A stretch of DNA of 64,000 bases, from contig CBDDEL010000016.1 of the NCBI GenBank assembly GCA_965226885.1, positions 256,001-320,000 on the forward strand. Reading direction: 5' to 3'. A model generated the notes under the pieces. That model ran no database searches, was not told the DNA's origin, and worked only from the letters and a program-made list of their open reading frames with translations. The position numbers and the translations under genes were made by a program. The DNA is from Opitutales bacterium (GTDB taxonomy: Bacteria; Verrucomicrobiota; Verrucomicrobiia; Opitutales; UBA2987). Of this stretch, positions 12,231 to 24,071 are shown piece after piece (position 1 is the first letter of the stretch; each line of letters begins with the position of its first letter).

Positions 12231-13802
12231 TCAATCCTCGAAGGCTTGTCCAGTCAAACCTTCATCTTCAAATGGGTCATGCCTATGGCCGGAACCGTTC
12301 AATCGACTGACCGCCAGCGCCACCATCAGGGAAAGGAAAAAGGAGGGCAGCAATTCCTCCATTTTGGCAAAGTCGAGCAGTAGGGGCGGAATTTCCTCCA
12401 CCCCCAAAGCCAAAACCCAGGAGGGCCAGAATTTAAAGAAAATGACGCCAAAGAATCCCGTCAGCATGCCCGCGATGGCCCCGGCGCGGTTCAAACCCTT
12501 CCAGAACAAGGAAAGGATCATAACCGGACAAAAGGTGGCCGCGATGCCCGACCAGCCAAAAATGATAAACCAGAAAATGGTTCGGCTGGGGGAGAGCGCC
12601 GACACAACCAAAGCAATGCCCAAAGCGACAAAGGAAATAAGAATGGTCAGTTTGCGGCAAATCCGCGTCATGGCCACATCGGAGAGTTCCGGGTGCATGG
12701 TCTTCTGGTAAATATCGCGCACAAAGGCGCTGGCAGCCAAAAGTAGAAGGGAATCCAGGGTGCTCATGATGGCCGCCAGAACGATGGCGATGAAACAACC
12801 GGATATGACCAGGTTGAACAGTTCGCCCGACATCATAGGGAGGATTTTTTCACACCCGGCCCCCAGCAATTGTATCAACGCCTCCCCTTCCAGTCCGGCC
12901 TTGTCGAACATGACGCGCCCGGCCATGCCCGCAAAAACGGCCCCCGTATCGGCCAGCAAAGTCCATGCGATGGCCACAATGGTTCCCTTGTTCAATTCAC
13001 GAGGATCTTTCAGGGCTATAAAACGAACGAAAATCTGAGGAGAACCCATATAACCCAGGCCGATGGCAAAAAGGGCGATGATACCCGCCAGATTGCCCAA
13101 TTGCAGCCCCCCCGCTCCCCAAATCGAAGTAAGCTCGCCGGGCATGTTTTCCAGTCCGGTCCACAGATTGCCTAGTCCGCCCAGTTCGATAATTCCGGCC
13201 ACCGGCAATACCACCAGCCCGATCAGCATGAGCACGCCCTGGACCATATCACTCCACGCCACCGCCACAAACCCGCCGGCAACGGTATAGACCAGCACGA
13301 CCAGAAATCCCACCGTCAGGCCCGCATGGTAATTCCAGCCGAGAAAACTCTCGAAGGCTTTACCCGTCGCATCCAGTTGGGCGGATATGTATATGGTGGG
13401 AAAGATGATCAGGGCCAGGGCGGAAATGATGCGAACCAGATGGGTCCCGTCGCCGAGCCTGCTTTCGAGATAATCGGGAATGGTCACGGAACCGAATTGA
13501 TCGGTCATCTTCTTAAACCGATGGCTCATCCAGATCCAGCACAAGGCCACCCCCAGGACCTCACCGCACACCACCCACATGGCCCTCATTCCCATAAGGG
13601 CGCCAAACCCGGTCAGTCCCAGCAGGAGCCAGCCCGATTCACCAGTTGCGCGGGCGGAAAAGGCCACCACCCAATAACTCATTTTCTTCCCGCCGACAAA
13701 GAAATCCTTCAGATCGTGGATTCTCCTGGCAGCGACCACACCGATGCCGAAAACGGCCAGAAAATATAAAACTACGATCGAAAGCTGAACCGCCTGTTCC
13801 AT
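12231..13802 (-). CDS. putP: sodium/proline symporter (SSS family)
   Basis: DFFVGG, SARATGESGWLLLGL, GGFVAVAWSD..QG, GYMGSPQI..RF, AAIMSTLDS. Confidence 0.85.
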   Translation of the reverse strand: MEQAVQLSIVVLYFLAVFGIGVVAARRIHDLKDFFVGGKKMSYWVVAFSARATGESGWLLLGLTGFGALMGMRAMWVVCGEVLGVALCWIWMSHRFKKMTDQFGSVTIPDYLESRLGDGTHLVRIISALALIIFPTIYISAQLDATGKAFESFLGWNYHAGLTVGFLVVLVYTVAGGFVAVAWSDMVQGVLMLIGLVVLPVAGIIELGGLGNLWTGLENMPGELTSIWGAGGLQLGNLAGIIALFAIGLGYMGSPQIFVRFIALKDPRELNKGTIVAIAWTLLADTGAVFAGMAGRVMFDKAGLEGEALIQLLGAGCEKILPMMSGELFNLVISGCFIAIVLAAIMSTLDSLLLLAASAFVRDIYQKTMHPELSDVAMTRICRKLTILISFVALGIALVVSALSPSRTIFWFIIFGWSGIAATFCPVMILSLFWKGLNRAGAIAGMLTGFFGVIFFKFWPSWVLALGVEEIPPLLLDFAKMEELLPSFFLSLMVALAVSRLNGSGHRHDPFEDEGLTGQAFED

Positions 13803-13892
13803 TCGAATATCTTTTTAATTCAGATAATAACAAAAGTCCGGCAATTCAACCAGCAGTCGCCCCGTCCGTTCCAAAAAGAGATGGTTTGCGGT

Positions 13893-15248
13893 TCAAATTT
13901 CAGAAAATACCTGATCGAGTACGCTGACCAGAAAATCGGCGTCATCCAATGTCAGGCACATGGGTGGTTTGATGCGGAGGGTGTTGCCGAAAAGCCCGCC
14001 TTTGCCAATGAGGAGCCCGTAGTGGCGGCTCTTTTCGAGGGCTTCCGCGCATTCGGCGGTGGCCGGTTCCTTAGTTTGGCGATCTTTCACCAGTTCGATT
14101 CCGAGCATCAGCCCTTTGCCCCGGACGTCGCCGATGATGCTGTGTTTTTCCTGTAACCGGCCAAAGCCCTCCAGCAAATGATTACCCACACGAAGGGCAT
14201 TTTCCTGGATTTTTTCCCGTTCGATCACTTCCAGAACCGCCATCCCCTGAGCACAAACCACGGGATTGCCCCCGAAAGTGTTAAAGTGGATGCGGCTGGC
14301 CAGCACCTGGGCGATCTCCGGCGTTGTCACCACGGCGCCGAGGGGGCAGCCGTTGCCAATGCCTTTGGCCATGCAAACAATGTCCGGGATAACGCCTTGC
14401 AGCTCGAATCCCCAGAATTTTTCTCCCGTGCGGCCAAATCCGGTTTGCACCTCGTCGGCTATGCAGACCCCCCCCGCCTCGCGCGTGTGGCGGTAGGCTT
14501 CCTGCAGGTAGCCATCGGGAAAGACCACCGTTCCACCCACTCCCTGGATCGATTCTGCCATAAATGCTGCTATCCGCCCGGAGGTGCCGTACTTGATTAA
14601 ATGCTGCACGTCTTCGGCATATTTTCGGCCCGCCTCGGGATCGTCCCCGCCGTAAAGACCGCGATAGGGATCGGGCGTCATGGCGTGTTGTACGCCGAAG
14701 CTGTGGGGAACATTGAACTTCCAGGTGCTGTGGGAGGTGAGCGCCATCCCGGCCGCATTGCCCCCGTGGTAGGCGTTGCGCAAGGCGATGATGTCGTAAT
14801 TTCCGGTATAGGCGCGGGCCATGAGCAGCGCCAGATCGTTGGCCTCGGAACCGGAATTGAGGAAATAGCAGACTTTTAAATCGCCGGGCATTTTGGCCGC
14901 CAGGGCCTCGGCGTACAAAGCCACATTGGGGTTAAGGTAGATGGTGGTGGTGTGCTGGACGATTTTATTTTGCCGGTTGACGGCCTCTACAATATGGGGA
15001 TGGCAGTGCCCCACGCTGACGGTGGCGATGCCGGCTAAACCATCGAGGTAGCGGCGACCGGTTTCGTCGTAGACGTATTGCATGAAACCCTCCACAACCA
15101 TCAATGGCTTTTTGTAAAAGAGGAAGATTCCGGGGTTGAGAAATTGCTTGCGAAGGCGCAATACCTCCTCCGCCGAAGGACCCTCGTAAGGCAGGGGTTG
15201 ATGGGCGCTGGGTGGTAGATTGAGGGTGGCAGCGGTTGTTTCAGACAT
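13893..15248 (-). CDS. class III PLP aminotransferase, AGXT2 / beta-alanine:pyruvate-like
   Basis: [55 protein letters not shown]; start taken at MSETT. Confidence 0.85.
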   Translation of the reverse strand: MSETTAATLNLPPSAHQPLPYEGPSAEEVLRLRKQFLNPGIFLFYKKPLMVVEGFMQYVYDETGRRYLDGLAGIATVSVGHCHPHIVEAVNRQNKIVQHTTTIYLNPNVALYAEALAAKMPGDLKVCYFLNSGSEANDLALLMARAYTGNYDIIALRNAYHGGNAAGMALTSHSTWKFNVPHSFGVQHAMTPDPYRGLYGGDDPEAGRKYAEDVQHLIKYGTSGRIAAFMAESIQGVGGTVVFPDGYLQEAYRHTREAGGVCIADEVQTGFGRTGEKFWGFELQGVIPDIVCMAKGIGNGCPLGAVVTTPEIAQVLASRIHFNTFGGNPVVCAQGMAVLEVIEREKIQENALRVGNHLLEGFGRLQEKHSIIGDVRGKGLMLGIELVKDRQTKEPATAECAEALEKSRHYGLLIGKGGLFGNTLRIKPPMCLTLDDADFLVSVLDQVFSEI

Positions 15249-15276
15249 GATCGTTATTTTTCTATTTGTATTAACA

Positions 15277-16830
15277 TTAATCTGGATTTTGTCCGGTCCG
15301 AGCCGATCCGGCGAGAGCTTTTCCGGTAAGATAAGCGCAAAAGGCAACCAGAAATCCTATGAACCAGGCGAAATTGTAGATGCCCAGGAAAAAGGAGGGA
15401 ATGCTTTCCACAGGCGCCAAATTCACTTTGGCCAAAAAGCCGGGCACGTTGGGAATTATACCGATAGCCAAAGCGGCAAATGCGGTCAGGCTGAAGCCTG
15501 CTGTGTAGCGGTATTCGCCCATCGGTTTGTAAAGCTCTATCACTTTAATGCGCTGACGGCGGTGCACGAAATAATCGGCGATCATTATCCCGCCTATGGG
15601 GCCGAGCAGAGCGCTGTAGCCAATCATCCAGCCGTCGATGTATCGATCGGCGTTTTCCAGGATTTTCCAGGGGAAGATGCATAATCCGATACCCCCGGCA
15701 ATAAGAGCGCCCTTGCGGAAGCTGATGCGGCGCGGCCAGAGGTTGGAAAAATCGTTGGCCGGGGAAACGATGTTGGCCGCAATATTGGTGGACAGGGTCG
15801 CCACGGTAAGGGTGATGAGGCCGAAAATGACCAAACCAGTATTGTCAAAACGGGCCATCAACTCGACTGGATTCCAGATCGCCTCGCCATAAACGACCAC
15901 CGTGGCGCTGGTCACAATAGCTCCGATGCCGGAATAAAAGGCCATCGTCAGGGGCAGCCCGAGGGTCTGCCCGATGATTTGATCCCGCTGGGAACGGGCG
16001 AAGCGGGAAAAGTCCGGAATGTTCAGCGACAAGGTGGCCCAAAAACCAACCATGGCAGTGAGACCGGCGGCAAAGGCATCAAAAAATTCACCGCGGGTGG
16101 CAAACTTGTCCTCCATTTCCAAAAGGGGGCCGAATCCGTCGGCCACCTGATAGGCCCAGACCAGCAATCCCAACCCGATGGCCAGAAGAAACGGCGCGCT
16201 CAGATTCTCCAGCCATTTGATGCACTCCATGCCCTTGAGGATGACGGCAATATTCATGACCCAGAAGATGAGAAAACAGGTGAGTTGACCGGCAGATATG
16301 CCCAAAAAGGGCAAAATTACCTTCTCGGCCGGATCGAAACCCAACAACAAGGCGGCCACGATGTAAATGGCAGAGCCTCCAATCCAAGTTTGGATGCCGA
16401 ACCATCCGCAAGCCACCAGCCCACGCATGATAGCCGGAACATTGGCCCCCCACACCCCAAAGGAAGAGCGCAGTAAAACGGGAAAGGGAATCCCATAGGC
16501 GGTGCCGGGGCAGGCGTTCAGGGTCATCGGTATGAGGACAATTAAATTTCCCAAAAAAACGGTCGCAATGGCTTGCTTCCAGTTCATGCCCCGGGCCATC
16601 AGACCGCTGGCCAGGGTATAGGTCGGGATGCTCACCGACATGGCGATCCAGAGCGCCGCGATATTCCACTGAGTCCATGTCCGGTCAACGCTGCGGATCG
16701 GCCCCAAGTCCTGGTTGAAGAGATTGGTTTCGCGGACTGCGGCCAGGTCTTCGAGGGAGGTTTCGGTTTTTTCAATCAGTTTCACGGGGAAGCTTTCGGA
16801 CAGGGCAGCGCCGGCAGCCGATATCCCCAC
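15277..16830 (-). CDS. NCS1 nucleobase:cation symporter (uracil/allantoin type)
   Basis: [56 protein letters not shown]. Confidence 0.9.
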   Translation of the reverse strand: MGISAAGAALSESFPVKLIEKTETSLEDLAAVRETNLFNQDLGPIRSVDRTWTQWNIAALWIAMSVSIPTYTLASGLMARGMNWKQAIATVFLGNLIVLIPMTLNACPGTAYGIPFPVLLRSSFGVWGANVPAIMRGLVACGWFGIQTWIGGSAIYIVAALLLGFDPAEKVILPFLGISAGQLTCFLIFWVMNIAVILKGMECIKWLENLSAPFLLAIGLGLLVWAYQVADGFGPLLEMEDKFATRGEFFDAFAAGLTAMVGFWATLSLNIPDFSRFARSQRDQIIGQTLGLPLTMAFYSGIGAIVTSATVVVYGEAIWNPVELMARFDNTGLVIFGLITLTVATLSTNIAANIVSPANDFSNLWPRRISFRKGALIAGGIGLCIFPWKILENADRYIDGWMIGYSALLGPIGGIMIADYFVHRRQRIKVIELYKPMGEYRYTAGFSLTAFAALAIGIIPNVPGFLAKVNLAPVESIPSFFLGIYNFAWFIGFLVAFCAYLTGKALAGSARTGQNPD

Positions 16831-16887
16831 AAACTAGAAGCGGCGGGAAGCGGGGCAAGGATAAAGAACGGCTTGGCTCTTACGGGA

Positions 16888-18753
16888 TTAAGCCGGCTTT
16901 TCATCGGAGGAGGCAAGCAACCGGTAAATATCCATTTCATCTTTGCCTTTGACAGAGATTTTCCCGAGGGATGCGCCGGGAAACTTTCCATCCGTTTGCC
17001 GCCAGGCTGTTTCGCTCAGATTGACCGCCCCAACGGCGCCGTGCTGCTCGATCCTGGCGGCAGTATTTACGGTATCGCCCCAAATATCGTAAAGGTATTG
17101 CTGATTGCCCACCACCCCGGCCACCACCGGCCCCACATGAATGCCCACTCGTACCTGCCAGCCGGCCTTCAGGGTAGGCACCCCGGCGACCATTTCCAGA
17201 CCCGCCCGGACACAGTTGAATACAGGGTAGTGTATAAAAAAAGAATGTTATTTTGTATTTTTAGCTGTACAAATAGCGTTAGGCATTTTATTTTTAGTGC
17301 ATGGTTACTAAAATTATTAATTGTCGGCACTGTGGAAGTGAAAATATCATTAAATTTGGCAAGACGCCCAACCATAAACAGCGCTACCGCTGCCATGATT
17401 GTGGTAAACAAAGCCGCGAAAACCCCACAGTGAAATACACCGAAGAGCAAAAAGAAATGATCCTTCGAGTCTATCAGGAACGCAGCAGTCTACGCGGTTT
17501 ACAGCGCGCCTTCGGGGTGAGTCCCAACACCGTTTTGAGTTGGTTAAAAAAAACGACAATCGCTGCGACCGCTCAAAAGCACGATTCTTGCGGCCCGCCG
17601 CCATGATGTCATTGAACTGGACGAACTGTGGTCTTTTGTGGGGCGCAAGAGCGATGCCCAATGGGTTTGGATCGCTCTTTGCCGACGCACCCGTCAAATC
17701 CTCTCCTATGCCATTGGGCCTCGGGATTGGTATCGTTGCCGGGAACTTTACGAGCGTCTGCCACGGGCCTACAAAAGATGTGCCACCTACAGCGACTTTT
17801 GGAGCACTTATGATGAAGTCTTTCCTCATAACCGATCCGTGGGAAAAGAAACCGGTGAAACGGCCCATGTGGAACGATGGAACAATACCCTGCGCCAACG
17901 ACTGGGTCGTTTCACACGCAAAACCCTCTCCTTTTCCAAGCTTAAGAGTATGCATGAAACCTGTCTGAGACTTTTCATTCATCAATATAATCAAGAATTA
18001 GCCACCATTCCTACTTAATACACTACCGAATACAGGCGCATCCTCTTCATGGAGCAGACCGCAGGTGGCCATGAAAGAATCGCCGATGGTTTTCAGCTTT
18101 TGCAAACCGTGGCTGGTGGCGATGGTTTCGAGCATCACGACCATCTCCTGCAAATGGGATACCACCGATTCCGGATCCAGCGATTCACAGTATTGGGTAA
18201 ATCCGGCCACGTCGCAAAAGATGACGGCCACATCATCGTGCCGCTGGGGTTTTACCTCGCCCGTATTCTTCAATTCGAGAACGACTTCGCCGGGGAAAAT
18301 CGCATGCAGCAGTTCATCGGCTCGTTTCTTTTCTTCCTCAATCCTGACAAGGTAATTTTTTTCCCGATCCTGCATCCGCTTCTTGTCCAGAGTTGTTTCG
18401 AGCCTGGCCCTGAGCAAAATCGGTTCAAATGGCTTGTGTAGGTAATCCACAGCCCCCTTATGAATGCAGCGCACCACGCTCGACATCTCTCCTAACCCCG
18501 ATATGACAATGACGGGAATGTTGCGCAGCTTAGGGCTTGCCTTCATCCGGTCGAGAACGACATAGCCATCCATTTCCGGCATAACGATATCCAGCAGGAC
18601 CAAATCCGGCGGCGTCTTCTCCATGAAATCCAGCGCAGCCTTCCCGCCTTCCGCCATGACCGCATCGTAACCAAGAATAACACACAGGTCCCGCAGGGAC
18701 TCGCGGCTCAAATCCATGTCATCGACAATCAGTATGGTTGGCAGCTTTTTCAT
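16888..18753 (-). pseudogene. REC-domain class III adenylate cyclase (351 aa reconstructed), split by IS1
   Basis: Receiver domain (ILIVDD, LLDIVMP); FCDVAGFT, KTIGDS; rejoins in frame EEDAPVF|NCVRAG to RVGIHVG...YDIWGDTVNTAARIE. Confidence 0.9.
17226..18027 (+). mobile_element. IS1-family element, type B, copy 1 (802 bp)
   Basis: IRs GGTAGTGTAT; perfect 8-bp TSD GAATACAG; insA 17301-17606, insB frame ending at 18018. Confidence 0.93.
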
Positions 18754-18811
18754 GGTGAATGCCGATGGATTGTAGCGAGGGGATTCCCCTAGACAGATGC
18801 AAGAGACAATG

Positions 18812-18853
18812 CCCGGGCTTTGTCGCCTACTCCCCGGGCTTTGTCGCCTACTC
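18812..18853. repeat. exact 21-bp tandem duplication
   Basis: CCCGGGCTTTGTCGCCTACTC x2, intergenic. Confidence 0.9.
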
Positions 18854-18906
18854 TGAGAAAAAATATAACACTCTGTCCTCGAATGGCCACACCATGTTAC
18901 AATTCA

Positions 18907-19371
18907 TCAGGTCGGTTCCAAAAAGTCGGAAAGGCTCTCATTGGAATCCCGCACATGCTCACAGAGGAAACACGCCAACCCTTTCAACAATATTACGCCG
19001 ATAACGGGGTGCTCCTCAACTACTTGCTCAAAACCCTTTTTGTTCAGGGACAGGACTGAAGATTGGGTAACGGCGGTGACCGACGCGGAACGTGGCAGAT
19101 CGTCGATGATGGAAATTTCGCCGCAGGAATGGCCCGGCCCCAGGGAAGCCAATTTAACCTCCTCCTCCCAATCGGATTGCATAGTCACATCAAGTTCGCC
19201 ATCAATGATGAAATATACCGAATCTCCGGGATCGCCCTCCTCGAAAACCACTTCTCCGGGATCAAAAACATGCCCCTCGACATGCTCCGATACAATTTCC
19301 AATTGCTCCTCATTGAGGCCTCTGAAGAACTGCAAGCCCTTCAACCGTTCGATTATTTGGTTATCAGACAT
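18907..19371 (-). CDS. stand-alone cyclic-nucleotide-binding domain protein
   Basis: VFEEGDPGDSVYFI.DG...GEISIIDDLPRSASV; no C-terminal HTH. Confidence 0.88.
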   Translation of the reverse strand: MSDNQIIERLKGLQFFRGLNEEQLEIVSEHVEGHVFDPGEVVFEEGDPGDSVYFIIDGELDVTMQSDWEEEVKLASLGPGHSCGEISIIDDLPRSASVTAVTQSSVLSLNKKGFEQVVEEHPVIGVILLKGLACFLCEHVRDSNESLSDFLEPT

Positions 19372-19456
19372 GGTGTTGCCTTAAAGTATTCCAACGACCC
19401 AACCGAATGCAAGATAAATTCTTCAGGTAAAACGGGCCTCTCAAACGATATTAATT

Positions 19457-20545
19457 TCAATCAATGGCTGGGGAATTCAAACGGCGGGGTAATTGCTTTA
19501 TTAATTTTTCTCTCAATCGCCGCAAAGTGGTTTCGGTTTCCGCCCAGCCGAGGCAGGGATCGGTGATGGAAACTCCGTAGCGCAGTTGGGCAAGATCCCC
19601 GGGCAGGGTCTGGCTGCCAACGCTCAGGTGGCTCTCAAGCATAAACCCGACGATGGAGCGGTTTCCATTCAATATTTGCCGAGCGATTTCCTCCATTACC
19701 TCCAATTGCCGGGCTGGGTCCTTACCGGAATTGGCATGACTGCAATCGACCATGATATTGGGCGGCAAACCGGCCCGCCCCAGAGACTGCTCGCATTCGG
19801 CGATGCTTTCGGAATTGTAATTGGGTTTCTCACTACCGCCCCGCAGAACGATGTGGGTATGCGGGTTCCCCTTGGTGCGAACGACGGCCACGCGCCCGGC
19901 GGGATCGACGCTCAGAAAATTGTTGCTTCCGGCCGCCGCGTGCATGGCGTTTATGGCCACATCCAGGCTGCCGCCTGTGCCATTCTTAAACCCCACCGCG
20001 GAAGTAAATCCGCTGGCCATCTTACGGTGCGTTTGAGACTCGGTCGTGCGGGCGCCGATAGCGTTCCAGGAAATAAGATCCTGAACGTATTGGGGAGAAA
20101 CCAGGTCGAGGGCTTCACCGGCCACGGGCAGACCCAGTTCGGCCAGTTCCAGGAGGAGCCCGCGGGCCAGTTTGAGGCCTTCTTCAATCCGGCAGGAATT
20201 GTCCAGAGAGGGATCGTTGATAAACCCCTGCCAGCCAATCCGGGTGCGTGGTTTTTCAAAATAAACCCGCATGATGAGCAACAGGGTGTCCTTCAACTCG
20301 TCCGCCAGATTCTTTAACTTACCGGCATATTCGCGGGCAGCTTTAACGTCATGGATGGAGCATGGGCCGACCACCACGAATAACCGGTGGTCCTTTCGCC
20401 GGAGAATATCTTTAACCGCATTCTGCCCCCCCATGACGGTTTGCACAGCCTTCTCGCTGAGAGGATGCAGCGCCCTCAACTCCAACGGGGTAAGGAGGGC
20501 CTCCTCCTCAAATACATTGATGTTTTCGACCCGCTTGTCGGTCAT
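19457..20545 (-). CDS. aroG: DAHP synthase, type I-alpha (AroF/G/H)
   Basis: VVGPCSIHD, RVYFEKPRT, IGARTTESQTHR, GFKNGT, DCSHANS, YGVSITDPC; the isoform cannot be resolved. Confidence 0.93.
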   Translation of the reverse strand: MTDKRVENINVFEEEALLTPLELRALHPLSEKAVQTVMGGQNAVKDILRRKDHRLFVVVGPCSIHDVKAAREYAGKLKNLADELKDTLLLIMRVYFEKPRTRIGWQGFINDPSLDNSCRIEEGLKLARGLLLELAELGLPVAGEALDLVSPQYVQDLISWNAIGARTTESQTHRKMASGFTSAVGFKNGTGGSLDVAINAMHAAAGSNNFLSVDPAGRVAVVRTKGNPHTHIVLRGGSEKPNYNSESIAECEQSLGRAGLPPNIMVDCSHANSGKDPARQLEVMEEIARQILNGNRSIVGFMLESHLSVGSQTLPGDLAQLRYGVSITDPCLGWAETETTLRRLREKLIKQLPRRLNSPAID

Positions 20546-21981
20546 TACTGTGGGAGGATAAAATGCTCCATAAAAGCATCAACTGGTAATCGATCGAGTC
20601 GTTTTGGTTCGGAAAAAAGCTGGAGAATGGCATCCGTTTTTTCGTCCGGGAAATGTGCCCCCAAATGAGTCTCAAACTTTTCCAGAAGCAGTGGGATGCC
20701 CTCTTTGCGCCGTCGGCGGTGGCCGATGGGATAATAGACCGCGACTCTCTCGGTGCGGGAACCGTCCTTGAAATGAACCGTCAGGGCATTGCCGATGGAG
20801 CGTTTTTCGGGATCGAGGTATTCGCGGCTGAAACGCTCGTTTTCCCGCACCGCCATCTTATCCCGGAGGGCGTCGATGCGGGGGTCGGCGGCGGCTTCAT
20901 CCTCGTAGTGGTCGGCCGTCAGGTTCCCATGCAGCAGCACAATAGCAATCATGTACTGGAGGCAATGATCACGGTCCGCCGGATTGTCCAGGGGACCGGT
21001 TTTGTCGATGATGCGAACGCCCGCTTCCTGCGTTTCAACCTCGATTTTCTCAATTTCATCGAGCCGCGAAATAATCTGTGGGTGCAGCGTGCAGGCCGCC
21101 TCTACAGCCGTTTGGGCGTGAAATTCGGCCGGGAAGGAGATTTTGAAAAGCACGTTCTCCATCACATAACTGCCGTAACCACGAGTGAAAGCCAGTTCTT
21201 TGCCCTTGAAAAGAACATCTTGAAAACCCCAGCCGGGAGCGCTCAGGGCGGTCGGGTAACCCATTTCTCCAGACAAGGTGATCAAGCCCAGGCGAACGGC
21301 GCGGCTGGTGGCGTCCCCCGCCGCCCAGGATTTGCGGGAGCCGGTGTTGGGAGCGTGGCGGTAGGCGCGCAGGGCACCGCCGTCGATCCAGGCATGGGAA
21401 ACGGCGTTGACGATATCGTCGCGGTTTCCGCCAAGCAGCGAAGTGACCACGGCCGTGCTGGCGACTCGCACCAGCAGGACATGATCCAGCCCCACGCGGT
21501 TGAAGGAATTTTCGAGGGCAATCACCCCCTGGATTTCGTGGGCTTTTATGGAAGCGGTCAGGATATCGCGCACGGTGTAGGCGGCTTTCCCCTGGCGGCA
21601 CATGTAATCGGCCGTGGCCAGAATACCACCCAGGTTGTCCGAAGGATGCCCCCATTCCGCCGCCAGCCAGGTGTCGTTGTAGTCGAGCCAACGAATCATG
21701 CATCCGATATTAAAGGCCGCCTGCACCGGATCGAGTTCGTAACTCGTTCCCGGAACCCGCGCCCCCCCCGGCAATTCCGCCCCAGAAACGACCGGCCCCA
21801 GCAATTTCGTGCAGGCTGGAAATTTCAGGGCTAGAAAACCGCAGCCCAGGCTGTCCATGAGGCAGAAACGGGCGGTCTCGTAGGCATCCGGGCTGTCGAT
21901 TTCGGTCGCCGCCACATAATCGGCAATATCGACCAGGATACGCTCCGGTGTAGGGCGTTGCGCAGATTTAATCAAGCTCAT
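20545..21981 (-). CDS. prpD: 2-methylcitrate dehydratase
   Basis: [44 protein letters not shown]. Confidence 0.96.
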   Translation of the reverse strand: MSLIKSAQRPTPERILVDIADYVAATEIDSPDAYETARFCLMDSLGCGFLALKFPACTKLLGPVVSGAELPGGARVPGTSYELDPVQAAFNIGCMIRWLDYNDTWLAAEWGHPSDNLGGILATADYMCRQGKAAYTVRDILTASIKAHEIQGVIALENSFNRVGLDHVLLVRVASTAVVTSLLGGNRDDIVNAVSHAWIDGGALRAYRHAPNTGSRKSWAAGDATSRAVRLGLITLSGEMGYPTALSAPGWGFQDVLFKGKELAFTRGYGSYVMENVLFKISFPAEFHAQTAVEAACTLHPQIISRLDEIEKIEVETQEAGVRIIDKTGPLDNPADRDHCLQYMIAIVLLHGNLTADHYEDEAAADPRIDALRDKMAVRENERFSREYLDPEKRSIGNALTVHFKDGSRTERVAVYYPIGHRRRRKEGIPLLLEKFETHLGAHFPDEKTDAILQLFSEPKRLDRLPVDAFMEHFILPQ

Positions 21982-21992
21982 GTTCCTCTGCC

Positions 21993-23117
21993 TCAGGCCG
22001 AGCGTTCCGTCATGGGAAGGTAGGGCCTTTTTTCCGGCCCCGTATATTCGGCGCTGGGGCGAATGATCCGGCCGCTGGCGCGCTGCTCGAAAACGTGGGA
22101 AGCCCAGCCGGAAACGCGCGACAGGACAAAGATGGGCGTAAACATGGGCGTCGGGATGCCCATCATGTGGTAGGACGAAGCACTAAAGAAATCCGCGTTG
22201 GGGAACATGCGTTTCTCCCGCATCATAACGGCCTCGATGCGCTCGGAAATTTTATAAAGGCGGGTGTCGCCCGCTTCCTCGCTCAGTTTCAGCGACCAGC
22301 TCTTGATGATGTCGGAACGCGGATCGTTTTCCGTATAGACGGGATGGCCGAAACCCATGAATTTCTCCTTTTTGGCCAGCCCTTCCATGACGCCACGCTC
22401 GGCATCATCGGCGTCCTGGAAACGTTCGATCAACACCATCGCTTTCTCGTTGGCTCCACCGTGCAAAGGTCCCCGCAGGGTGCCGATGCCGGTGGTGATG
22501 GCGGAGTGGATGTCGGACATGGTGGAGGTCGTTATGCGGGAGGCAAAAGTCGAGGCGTTGAACTCATGCTCCGCATAGAGAATGAGGGAAACATCCATAG
22601 CCCGAGCCATAGTCGCTCCCGCAGGCGTGCCATGCAGCAGGTGGAGAAAATGAGTGGCAATGGAGTCGTCATTCGTTTCCACCTTGATGCGCCGCCCTTC
22701 CCTGCTGTAATGATACCAGTAGGCCAGCATTGAGGGCAGACTGGCCAGCAGGCGCATCGTCGCCGGGAGTTGCTCATCGAAGGAGGTTTCCGGCTCCAGG
22801 CATCCAAGGGCTGAACACCCGGTGCGGAGGACTTCCATGGGATTGGCCGCGGCGGGCAAATTTTCCAGGATCGTTTTGAGACCGGCAGGCAAACCGCGCC
22901 TGCTTTTCAGATCGGCATTGAAAGCGGCTAGCTCGCCGGCCATCGGCAAACGGCCCTCAAGGAGGAGATAGGCCACCTCTTCAAAAGTGGAGTGTTCAGC
23001 CAGATCTTCGATCGTGTAACCTCGATAGGTGAGGCCCTTGCCTTCCTTACCGACGGTGGCAATGGTGGTTTCACCGGCAATGACGCCGGACATTTGGACC
23101 GCTTTTTTTGCGCTCAT
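21993..23117 (-). CDS. prpC: 2-methylcitrate synthase
   Basis: [34 protein letters not shown]; lies between prpB and prpD. Confidence 0.93.
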   Translation of the reverse strand: MSAKKAVQMSGVIAGETTIATVGKEGKGLTYRGYTIEDLAEHSTFEEVAYLLLEGRLPMAGELAAFNADLKSRRGLPAGLKTILENLPAAANPMEVLRTGCSALGCLEPETSFDEQLPATMRLLASLPSMLAYWYHYSREGRRIKVETNDDSIATHFLHLLHGTPAGATMARAMDVSLILYAEHEFNASTFASRITTSTMSDIHSAITTGIGTLRGPLHGGANEKAMVLIERFQDADDAERGVMEGLAKKEKFMGFGHPVYTENDPRSDIIKSWSLKLSEEAGDTRLYKISERIEAVMMREKRMFPNADFFSASSYHMMGIPTPMFTPIFVLSRVSGWASHVFEQRASGRIIRPSAEYTGPEKRPYLPMTERSA

Positions 23118-24007
23118 GATTTTTCCTTTTGTTTCTCAAACAGTGCGTTCAGTTTTTCCTCGAAAGCGTGGTAATCGAGGACTTCATAAAGTTCTTGCCG
23201 GGTCTGCATCAGGTTGAGGACATCTTTTTGCGTTCCCTGATCCCGAATGGCGGAATAAACATTTACCGCCGCCGCGCTCATGGCCCGAAATGCGGAAAGC
23301 GGGTAGAGGGTCATGCGAACCCCCACGGAGCGCATCTGCTCCAGAGTGAAAAGGGGCGTTTGCCCAAATTCCGTCAGGTTGGCTAGGACTGGAACGGAGA
23401 CCGCCTCCGTAAATTGCCGGTATTCATCCTGGTTGGTGAGCGCTTCGGCAAATATCATATCGGCCCCCGCTTCGATGTAGAGCCGGCACCTTTCGATTGC
23501 GGATGCGAGCCCCTCCGAAGCCACGGCGTCGGTCCGCGCCATGATGACAAATGCGGGGTCCGTGCGGGCATCCATGGCGGAGAGAATTCGGTCCGCCATT
23601 TCGCTGGCCGAAACCAGTTCCTTGCCCGGACGGTGGCCGCATCGCTTGGCTTGCACCTGGTCCTCGATATGCATTCCGGCCGCTCCCGCTTTGGTCATTT
23701 CGCGAACCGTGCGGGCGATCATAAATGCCCCTCCCCAGCCGGTGTCTGCATCGACCAGCAGCGGCAATGATGTGGCGGCGGTGATGCGCCGGATGTCCTC
23801 GACCACATCCTGCAAGGTGGTCACCCCGAGATCGGGCAGCCCATGGGAAGAATTGGCCACCCCCGCGCCCGATAAATAGAGCGCGCGAAAACCGGCCCTT
23901 TGCGCTAAAAGGGCACTGAATGCATTAACGGCGCCGACTATTTGAAGAGGATTTTCTTCTTCCAGAGCGGCCCGGAAACGATTACCGGCAGTGGGTTGAT
24001 TGCTCAT
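23114..24007 (-). CDS. prpB: methylisocitrate lyase
   Basis: [38 protein letters not shown]. Confidence 0.95.
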   Translation of the reverse strand: MSNQPTAGNRFRAALEEENPLQIVGAVNAFSALLAQRAGFRALYLSGAGVANSSHGLPDLGVTTLQDVVEDIRRITAATSLPLLVDADTGWGGAFMIARTVREMTKAGAAGMHIEDQVQAKRCGHRPGKELVSASEMADRILSAMDARTDPAFVIMARTDAVASEGLASAIERCRLYIEAGADMIFAEALTNQDEYRQFTEAVSVPVLANLTEFGQTPLFTLEQMRSVGVRMTLYPLSAFRAMSAAAVNVYSAIRDQGTQKDVLNLMQTRQELYEVLDYHAFEEKLNALFEKQKEKS

Positions 24008-24071
24008 GCCAATAGAAAAACAAACAATTTACGGTCTATTACAGTGTTGAGGCAAGAGCTTTGCGGAAAAA

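Noticed and set aside
15249..15347. N-terminal extension of the aminotransferase in the ORF track
   Set aside because: It overlaps the NCS1 3' end; MSETT at 15248 is the more plausible start.
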